Of a DNA stretch of 64,000 nucleotides, positions 53,991 through 64,000 are shown piece by piece. The notes below the pieces were generated by a model that did no database searches, was not told the DNA's origin, and saw only the letters and a list, made by a program, of their open reading frames with translations. The stretch is from Octopus sinensis (lineage: Eukaryota). Each line of letters opens with the position of its first letter. The stretch's first letter is position 1. Location of the stretch: assembly GCF_006345805.1 (NCBI RefSeq), contig NC_042998.1, positions 12,772,001 to 12,836,000 of the forward strand, given 5' to 3'. A program made the translations under genes and the position numbers.

Positions 53991-56089
53991 ATCTGCTAAA
54001 CTAAGCATCAAAATGTCTTTCAAAGCTTATGTATTTTGTTTTCTCGGATAAAATTTCCCCAGTCGAATGGAAGGTAATCGTGTTTCGATTCCCCTTCATT
54101 ACTATCATATGATAGTATACATTCTATAAGCTATAAAATGTACGCGAAGATCGTAAAAGCTTAATGCGATTCTCCTATACACCACTGTGGAGTACATAAT
54201 CTCTCTTTTAGAATTTAACGTTGTTTCGATTGGTTAATATTTGGTTATATTAATATTTGGCCATATGACAGTCATTGTTATTTTATATTTTGACATCTCT
54301 TGTATATTCGGATGTGGAATTCATTGGTTGTTTCATGTAACCAGAGTGCGATTATAATATATTATTATAATTGATTATTATTTATATTCCATATATGTTT
54401 GCTGTTAATGTGGAAAACATTTTATCCACGAATTTAAACAGGAAATCAACAATATCATTGGCTCACATACTCAGAAAGAAGTCATTCAAAATGCCCAAAA
54501 GATAGACTAAAAGAGCAGCATTAGATAACCAATAGATTGAACAAGAGTGTTTTTTATCTTGCCACCTTAAAAGAACTCAGGATTGCATCACTCTACCGAA
54601 ATTTCTCTTTTCACTCCCAGCAGATGAATTTTGTTTCCAATCAGTATATCTCGAAGGACTCTACTTCGACATCCTTGATGTGTAGAGTTTGATATGCTCT
54701 TATTTGTACTCTAAAGTATTTATGTTACTTTTCTGATTACGGTCCACTTCCCTTCTTTTTCTTCATCGCTTCCATACACTCTCCTAAATTTCCATAGTAA
54801 ACTGACCGCTAATAAGTTGACAATGTTTCTTCCCTCCAACCTGTCTAACATAAAGTGAATTTTACTATTTTCCATTTCACATTTACGATGCTCAAACTCC
54901 AAAGTTACACATATCTAGAAATTGCTTTCTCAAAAATAACATGTATCTATAACCCACCTAAATATATATTTGAACACATTATGACTCGGAAGTCTTAAAT
55001 CGAATGTCTACTTAAGCACATGCACACCTATATGAATATAAGTTTAAATGCGAATATGTAGAGATATATTTTACATTTGGTACTACCATAAAATATTGCA
55101 ATATTTTAATTTAAATAAAACTATACATATATCGATAAAAATCTAATATTTTAGCATCAATTGAAAACACTGCTTTTTTACTCAGAATGAGCTTTCCTTT
55201 GCAATGTTAATCTGAAAAACAATGCTTAATTATTTTCTCAATATATTAAAAATCTGTATTTGCTAAACTGTTCTCTGTTGTATTAATTATCACAGACAAG
55301 TGTTTCTTCATTCTTAAAATTATTATCGTCATAGGATAATTTGCATTTTTGTAATTCCTTTAACGTATTTGAAATATAAGACAACGTGACCAAGGTACAT
55401 ATGTATTGAAAATGATTTTCTGTCACGATATTTGCATGAATACTGGTTGTTAAATCTAGTGAATTACTCAGCGGCGAACGTGTACCTTGATAAGTTCACC
55501 TTGCTGTACCATCATAACACTATTCTGTAATTAAAACTTCTTGAATTTATCGGTAAGTGACGTTCTTTACAGGAGGTAACTACCTTTTATATGTCATAAA
55601 CAGCATTAGTATGGATTTTAAATCAGTATCGGAGAAAGTTAATTTCAATGTGAAACTATGCAAATTTTATGACGAATATATTCGTTTTAATAAATTCTTA
55701 TTGACATTATTGGCATTTACATTTGCTCAGTCCGTTTGAAGTATCCCTATGACAATAAAGGTTTTAGTCTGGACGACGATGTATTTAATTTTTTGATAAT
55801 AGATTTAAGATTACATTATATGAAATATGACTGAGGTCTCGTTAAAGTTTCTAGCAAGTGAAATTACAACGAAGAAGTGCCGTTGTAGATCCTGTTTATT
55901 TTGTGAACTGCGAATCTCATAATAACAATATATTTTATCCCCCAGAGAAATACATAAAAAACAACAAAATATTGATATAAGTAAGTCTTATACGGAACAG
56001 CCGTACGCCTCTCAATCTTATGCCTGTGTATTACATTTTGCAAAAGTTATTGATCAATACAAATATCTCGGTTTGAAGGATAGTGAGCG

Positions 56090-56492
56090 CGGAGGGCTCA
56101 ACTGGTTCTTCGTTTTGTTAAACGACTTTGAAAGCATTGAAGGCAAAATCAATCTCAGCGGAATTTGAACTCAAATCGTAAGGATAGATTATATGTCAGG
56201 AAATGTGTACTAATGATTCTGCCAGCCCACCACCCTATTTACAAATAAGTATACTAATATATATTTCTTTACTACCCACAAGGCGCTAAACATAGAGAGG
56301 AAAAACAAGGACAGACAAACGGATTAAGTCGATTATATCGACCGCAGTGCGTAACTGGTACTTATTTAATCGACCCCGAAAGGATGAAAGGCAAAGTCGA
56401 CCTCGGCGGAATGTGAACTCAGAACCTAATGGCAGACGAAATACGGCTAATTATTTCGCCCGTCGTGCTAACGTTTCTGCCAGCTCACCGCC
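56090..56492 (-). mobile_element. SINE S2: one partial copy (56090-56232) and one full copy (56262-56492)
   Basis: Minus-strand head ggcggtgagctggcagaaacgttagcacg...gagttcacattccgcc. Confidence 0.85.
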
Positions 56493-57206
56493 CTATTTAC
56501 AAATATGTATACTAATATAATCTTATCAACTGCCTGGAAACATCGTATTGAGCATGGAAAGCAGTATATAGTTATTGAATATTTCATTTGCTTACTGAAA
56601 TAAATTTGTTTCTATCATAATAATAATTAAACGAAATATTCTCGTTCACGTTGCTTTTGACCTGAGATGTCTTTAGGGTGTCAAAACCCTTCATTCTGTG
56701 AATGAACTTTGCTTTCATCATTACAAAATAAATGTAGTGAAATAATCGAATGCCTACTGCACCGGGAAAATCACATGTCCGCCCGTCGATAGTAAAACTG
56801 AGCCTGACAAAAACTAAACTGCCGTTGGTAATCTGCATTCCAAACAAGTAATAGATCTGCTGTTGGTCTCTTAATACAAGATTCATACAGAATTTAATTT
56901 TGCTCAAATATATTAATTATAAAACTAAGCATTTTAACCCCTTCCGAATATGTTACTTATATTACCATGCTCCACATTAAAACGATTATATTTTCTCAGT
57001 ATAAGTTAAATTGGAAACATAATATATGGAAATAAGTTTAAAAATCCGAATTGTAACAATCACAAATATTAAATGATTTATATATTTTAATTACATGTAT
57101 TTAATTCGAAGCGTGGGTGTGGTATCTTCAGAGCTACGTGATATTATTCGTTAAAATCTGGACAACTAAAATATTTCTGTCAGTCTATCTCTCTCTATAT
57201 GTAAGC

Positions 57207-57254
<48 letters not shown>

Positions 57255-57294
57255 TTATATCTGACTGTATCTTTCTCTCTCTCACACTCTCATT

Positions 57295-57335
<41 letters not shown>

Positions 57336-57380
57336 ATGTTTATATCAGAAGAACGAAAACAAATCTTAATATTCCACAGC

Positions 57381-57615
57381 CCCAAGGCGGTAAGCTGGCA
57401 GATACGTTAGCACGCCGGGCGAAATGCGTAACCGTATTTTGTCTCCCGTTACGTTCTGAGTTCACATTCCGCCGAGGTCGACTTGGCCATTCATTCTTTC
57501 GGGGTCGATTAAATAAGTACCAGTTACGCACTGGGGTCGATATAATAGACTTAATCCATTTGTCTGTCCTTGTTTGTCCTCTCTGTGTTAAGCCCCTCGT
57601 GGTTAGTAAAGAAAT
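57381..57615 (+). mobile_element. SINE S2, full length
   Basis: aaggcggtaagctggcagatacgttagcacgccgggcg...gttcacattccgcc. Confidence 0.88.
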
Positions 57616-57684
57616 AGAAATAGGTATTTCGTCTGCCACTACGTTCTGAGTTCAAATTCTGCCAAGAACGACTGTGCCTTCATC

Positions 57685-57720
<36 letters not shown>

Positions 57721-57728
57721 GTATATAT

Positions 57729-57937
57729 TATATTAAATTAGAGACAAAACCACTATTATGCAAATCAAACAAAGAAAGACTTAAGCCAATACATAAATTA
57801 ATTTATATTATTTAGAAATGTAACAATTATTAATTAATAATTGTTACATTTCTAAATAATATAAATTAATTATGTATTGGCTTAAGTCTTTCTTTGTTTG
57901 ATTTGCATAATAGTGGTTTTGTCTCTAATTTAATATA
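57729..57937. repeat. Near-perfect 209-bp palindrome with no loop
   Basis: Centre at 57833/57834; arms of 105 and 104 bp differ by one indel. Confidence 0.93.
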
Positions 57938-58037
57938 ATATAATATTTTACTATAAAATTGGATTCAATCCTAAATCTGATTTTTCCCTGTAAGTTTGGA
58001 TTTATTTCCTAATATTTATTATTATTATTATTATTAT

Positions 58038-58079
<42 letters not shown>

Positions 58080-58351
58080 CTAGATGAGTGTATTTTTACC
58101 TTGCTAACAATAACACGGAAAAATAAATGAATAGTTACCAGGGCAGCAAAAATCTCACAAGTAAAGATGTTGTAACTCCTTGTTTATAAAGGTTGAAACG
58201 TCGTGTATACGTCGAATATTTTGAATAATATGAAAAAAAAATGGAGTTAACGCAGGTTTAAACAAGTATTTTTACCTTCGACTATACTTGTTTAAACCTG
58301 CGTTAACTCCATTTTTTATTCATATATATATATATATATATATACATATAT

Positions 58352-59265
58352 ATTGGTCACCCCATAAATAATGCAGTTTTTTCAAATGCATGAACTAAAG
58401 CCGGGGGTGTGTGCAGAAGAAACTACCTGCATCAATTTGCCATGTAAGCCGGTAGGAATTTCATCTTGTACTTATTCTTAGTGAAAGTTTGAAAAGTGCA
58501 GTTAGATTTTAAGAGTTAAATTTTCAAAGTTGTAATGGGAATAACAAAGGAGCATATTCGGCATATTTTGCTTTATGAGTTCAATAAAGGCAACAACGCA
58601 ACGGAAAGTGCGAGGAATATTAATGGAGTATATGTGGATCGGACAATAAGTGTAAGTTAATGTCAACCTTCTTTCCAGAAATTCCAGGCCAAAACATACA
58701 TCATAGAAGACGTGCTTTATCCTGGAAGATCTCCAGAACTTGACAAGGATGACCTGCAAACCCTAGTGGAGCAAAATTCTATCGTAACTCCTGAGGAAAT
58801 AGCAGAGATTTGGTCATTCAACCTGTATTCAAGCCATCCCTAGATGAAAAGGGATCGATAATCTTCGGTTTCAAGACGGAAGGTGTCCTTCCGTCAGGAG
58901 AATCCTCGGACACATACAGCGCGGATGACATTCGAAAGGCTTGAGCGGTTTGAATGGGAAACGATGCCCCACCCACCATATTTGCGGGACATTGCCACGT
59001 CTGATTATCGTTTATTCCGCAGTCCTCAAAATCATTTGGACGGAAAAAGTATGAATTCTGTAGACGAGGTCAGAACAGTACTGGAGGAGTATTTTTCGTC
59101 ACAGACAAGGGAATTTTGGAAAAGAGGCCTTTTGAATCTACTAGATGGATAGGAGAGCATTGGGGAAAGTGATGGAGAGTATCTTTTAGATTAAAAAAGA
59201 ACTTTGTTTTTCTTAATTTTGAAAATAAAAGCATAAAAAATCGCTTTACTTATGGCGTGACGCAT
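58352..59265 (+). mobile_element. Internally deleted mariner (DD34D-type) element with TIRs
   Basis: MEITKEHIRHILLYEFNKGNNATESARNI...; HTARMT...PHPPYLRDIATSDYRLF. TIRs ttggtcaccccataaataatgcagtttttt / aaaaaatcgctttacttatggcgtgacgca. Confidence 0.88.
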
Positions 59266-60084
59266 TATATACGCACACGTACACACACGCACACACACAT
59301 ATATGTATATAGGTATGTATGTATAACACGCAATCTATAATTATCTATGCAAAATGAGACTATTTCCCTGTGTAATATTTTGACCTGGCGTAATTGATAT
59401 TTTATTTTTGGTTTAAATTATAGGTTTCGCGTTGCATAAACTGATAATTGTCTTGTATTAGAGTGAAGTAAAATGCATATTTAACGCGTTCACATGAAAC
59501 AAAGAGCAAATTAACGTTCCCTATAATTATACTAGTAATATATTATTTGTCTGTATGCAAAAGTATGTTATTGCACACAAACAAACCGATTTCATAAATA
59601 CATGCATACACACACACACGTACACACACATATATATACATACATTCGCACATATCGATATATATATATATATGGGGATATGTTAAAAGTTACTGAAAGT
59701 TATCGAATTGTTAACTGGCTGAGAAGCAAGAATCTTATTAACATATAATCTAACAATACGGAGCAGAAGCTTGGAATACAATTGCTATTATTTGGTGCTT
59801 GTTGAACGGCTATTGAAATTATATTTATAGAAAGTATCTACTGGTTTGATAATAATAATCTAAGCAAATCCTTGTACAGTGTCACGCGGCAGTAATACTC
59901 ATAAACATAATCATATTTTCTGAATATTTATGTGCTTTTGTTATCTTATTGTTATATTTTTGTTATTGTATACTTAACATATATGTAAGTTTACACATAT
60001 AATTATGTTATAATTGCAACTTCATGTTTTGTCAAGAAGCTAGCGTGCATTAATAATCGCTAATTATACCCTGTGTCATCCACC

Positions 60085-60215
60085 AAATATATATGTATAT
60101 ATATATATATGTATGTATGTATGTATATATATATACATATATATACAGACACACACATATATATATATACACATACATATATATACACATATATATACAT
60201 ACATATATATATATT

Positions 60216-60260
<45 letters not shown>

Positions 60261-60303
60261 ATATATATATATACATACATATATATGTATATATATTTAT
60301 TTG

Positions 60304-60376
<73 letters not shown>

Positions 60377-60420
60377 ATATATATGCATACATGGACATAT
60401 ATACACATATATATATAAAC
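60085..60420. repeat. Compound (TA)n microsatellite
   Basis: Direct reading. Confidence 0.95.
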
Positions 60421-60740
60421 CCATAACATAAAATAGGAAAGAAAATGAAAAAAAACTCCTGAATATGGACATGTAGTTTAAAAGTATTAGATTCCTTGGA
60501 GATTTCTATCAATCATATGTTATAATTATCCCTGGGGTGACATTCATGAGGTCCTGGAAATATTATTCTATACAGTTCTTTAATTCGTAGTTAGTGGTTT
60601 ATATTATATCATGCTTCTCATAAAGTTTTATTACGTAAATTAATAAATTGTGCGCGGGTGTGCGCGTGTGTGTGTGTGTATTAATATAAATATAAACAGA
60701 AACACACACACATATACTAAGACACACGCATCATTTATGA

Positions 60741-61369
60741 GGAAAACGGACGATGGATTTAGCTAAAATCTTTATTCACCACGACGATCGTTTTGACCCA
60801 TCTTGCAGCTGTCCTTTAGGGGTAGGATATTGTGCATCTATTTGTCTTGCATCAAACACTGCACGCTGTGTTACTTCTGGTATTGATGTGAAAACATATC
60901 TCACTAGATACACCAAGTTCTCTTCGGCAAGTTCTTCACGCTCATTCACCGTGGGTACATTTGACAGAGGGTAGAAGAATTTTGGGGTTGTAACCCTCAA
61001 ATGGGACTGGCAGTTGTTGACTGTGAATATATAACAGAAATTATAATTATAAATTTTAGAGAACAAAGCCTGTCAAAGAAAGTTAAAATGGAGAAGGATG
61101 GGTACACACTCTTTGACATGATCACATATATAGACGTACACACATACACACATTCATACATACACGCCCTGTACGTGAGTCCCCGAGTGACTGATTTTAT
61201 GTGGTCATATCAAGATGGTGGTATTAGAGGCAAACATCTAACTGTTATGTCCAGTCGAACAAAGATAACCGTTCGTTAGGAGGTTCGTTCGACGGACAGG
61301 CTCACACGTAGACAAATATTTATATACATATATACATAGACGCACACTCATATATATGTGTATATAATG

Positions 61370-61400
<31 letters not shown>

Positions 61401-61816
61401 TATATATAATATATATATATAAATACGTCTATATATGTGTTCATGTCAAAGACTGTATACCCATCCTCCTTCACTTTAACTTTCTTTCTCAAGCTTTATT
61501 CTCTATCAGTTATGGTTTTAATTTATATTATGTTCACTGTCCACTATAACCAATCCCTTCTGCTGGTTACAACCCCCAAATTCGTCTGTCCTTTGTCAGT
61601 GTACCCACGTACAACGATCTAGGACAATATACCATAGAGAACTCAATATATCTAATGGGACAGCTTTTATACCAAGAACATGAAGTGACACAGCCTGCAC
61701 CGGTTGATGCAACACAACTAGATGTACATATCCTGCCCCTAAGGGACACCTGTAGGATGACTTAAAACGATCGTCGTGATGAATAATGATTCCTACTCAA
61801 TCCATTTTCCGTTTCC
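60741..61816. repeat. Old inverted repeat with ~400-bp diverged arms around a (TA)-containing spacer
   Basis: 60741-61138 is colinear with the reverse complement of 61424-61816. Confidence 0.8.
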
Positions 61817-62435
61817 CTGATCAATTATTAACTCAGCAAACACTACTGATTTTCTGACGCAGTTCCAGTGAAAATTATATCGTAACTGTAGGTGACACCA
61901 GAAAGCTCAAACGGTCAATGTACTTTCATCGGTGTACTAATAGACATATATAAGGTGTGAATACACACCAATATCTATATACCCACGTAAGTATATATTG
62001 TGTAACTAGTCGAAGCGATCTATTTTCTCATTCCTTGATTTGCATCATTATGTTTCTCTCTGTCTGTCTGTCTGTCTCTGTTTCTCTCTCTCTCTCTCCC
62101 TCTCTCTGTGTATATATATATACTGAGAAAAAAGGAGGTCGCTAGAATTTTGGAAAATTTTTTTTATTATCTATTCATTATTATTAGCGCTGTCGTTCGT
62201 CTTCGAACCTGTAAAATAATATTCTGAAAGTGCAATCAGGTTGTTCATACATGTAAATTAATTGTTTTTTGTTTTGTTTCTTAGAGGGGAACATTGTTTT
62301 TAGTTTTTGTTTGTTTTTATGGCTGAGTTTCCAGGACAATGGAGATACATGGATAGATATATACGTAGACAAATAGATAGAGAGAGGGAGAAAGGAGGGA
62401 TTTCGTTTCAATTTGGAACGTATTTAACATTCATC

Positions 62436-62730
62436 CATTTATTTATTTATTCATTTAGTTTCTTTTACCATTGTATACCTATTGACATGAGTTCAAGGAT
62501 GGTGACCTCTCCAAGATGTCAGTTTTAGGGATGGGGAAAATAATGAAAAAAGGATGGAGCACGGTCATCACTGAAAGCATTTTTTTTTTAATGCTTTCAG
62601 TGATGAACACACGCCATCCTATTTCATTGTTTTCCACATCCTAAAACTGACAACTTGGAGAAGTCACCATCCTTGAACTCTTGTCAATAGGTATTCAATG
62701 ATAAACAATTAAATGAATGAATAAATGAAT
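62436..62730. mobile_element. Fold-back hairpin (MITE-like) with ~115-145-bp arms and an oligo-T loop
   Basis: ...catcactgaaagcatt-(T)n-aatgctttcagtgatg...; arms pair outward with scattered mismatches. Confidence 0.85.
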
Positions 62731-63171
62731 AATGATAAATACATTCCAGATTGAAAAGAAATCCATCCTCCCTATCTCTACCTATCTATCTTTCTGTCTA
62801 CCTATCTGTCTATCTATCTATTTGTCTGTCTATCTGTCTGTCTCCATTGTCCTGGAACCTCACCCATAGAAACATAAAAAAGGAAAAAAAAAACGTTCCC
62901 CTCTTCTAAACAAAAGAAACAGAAACATTTGATTTATATAAATGAACAACGTTTTTCCACATTCACAATATTATTTGACAAGTTCGAAGACGAACGAAAG
63001 CGCCAATAATAATGAACAGATAATAAATTTTGTGTTCAAAATTCTGGCGACCTCCTTTTTTCTCAATATACAATATCTGTACGCCATGTCCAACACTCTA
63101 CACACACACAAACACACACAAACACACACAAACGCACACACATACACACAGACAAACAATCACACACGTAC

Positions 63172-63537
63172 GACGACGCCGTGGAGATCTCATTCTTGCT
63201 CTCAACATCATAAGCAGAAAGTGTAACCTCTCGAAAGAGCTGTTCTTCACTCCTGCTCCAGAGCGTCGGCTGCGGGGTCATTCCGAAAAGCTCTATCTGC
63301 GACGATTTCATCTCAATCGAAGGAGACGGTTTTTCTCCGTCCGGTTTGCGGATCCGTGGAACAAGCTGCCAGACGAGATGGTGAAGATGCCGACGACCGC
63401 TCGGTTCAAAGTTTCCCTTGACCTCAAGTAGCCTGAACTCTTTACATGAACACCACCCTCTACATAACTCCATGTCGCCTTACATGGCCTTGCTTTTTGC
63501 TTTTTGAGCCAAAAAATTAACTAACTAACTGACTAAC
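63172..63537 (+). mobile_element. CR1-clade LINE 3' end with a (TAAC)n tail
   Basis: RRRRGDLIL...RLRGHSEKL...FFSVRFADPWNKLP...FKVSLD. Confidence 0.85.
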
Positions 63538-63564
63538 ATACACACACATATTTAATTTTTTTAT

Positions 63565-63930
63565 AGGTTATAGCCAGAGCCTGAGGCCGATCTGCTGCAC
63601 CGCCTTTACTACATCCAGGGACTTTTCCATTATTACTTCTGGTGAAGTCGCGAGTTGGACGTTACCACTACTTCGTGCCTCCTGCCGCGATGTGGTTCTA
63701 TCCGGTATTGTAGATGAAAAATTGTGTCGAAGTATTTTGAAGACATCCATGTCCACACCTTGCAAAATTCTGATGTTCTGTGGTAGTGCATTAAAAATTT
63801 GTGGTCCTTTTAATCCCAAACTATTACAATATTGTGTTCGCATCCTCGATGGGGGAAGATGGAACCTTTTGTAGGGTGCAGTGCCGCCCAGTTCGGGATT
63901 GTTGGAGATTTCGATTCCAAAATTATGCAT
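63565..63930 (-). mobile_element. CR1/L2-type LINE ORF2 C-terminal fragment
   Basis: RTQYCNSLGLKGPQIFNALPQNIR..GVDMDVFK....STIPD. Confidence 0.7.
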
Positions 63931-64000
63931 ATATATATATATCGGAGTAAACGCATAAATGTGAAACAAGGTGGAAAAAAGAGTACTCAAATACCAGCGG

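Noticed and set aside
54500-54902. Purine-rich minus-strand stretch resembling an exon
   Set aside because: There are stops in all frames across the candidate splice sites and no recognisable domain.

Overview
AT-rich eukaryotic DNA saturated with microsatellites and transposable elements. The SINE families and microsatellite load resemble an octopus or other cephalopod genome; this is my inference, not a search result. I cannot support any host protein-coding gene. Most listed ORFs are translated microsatellites or decayed transposon fragments. Recognisable content: three R4/Dong-type (RLE) LINE pieces stacked in (TAA)n tracts; RTE and CR1 LINE fragments; a Penelope-like GIY-YIG endonuclease remnant; Tc1, mariner and DD37D transposase remnants; several MITEs and fold-backs; at least four tRNA-SINE families; a 5S rRNA copy fused to a SINE tail; and an 84-bp minisatellite lying upstream of a zinc-knuckle ORF1-like gene and of a second orphan ORF. 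The most interesting signal is a set of minimal type I hammerhead-ribozyme motifs with palindromic helix III. They occur in four distinct short repeat families, plus a degenerate fifth, and most copies abut (TA)n tracts. One family forms a head-to-tail array of near-identical 544-bp units with one motif per unit, the architecture expected of a retrozyme or Penelope pLTR concatemer. All structures were read by eye and none has been tested.
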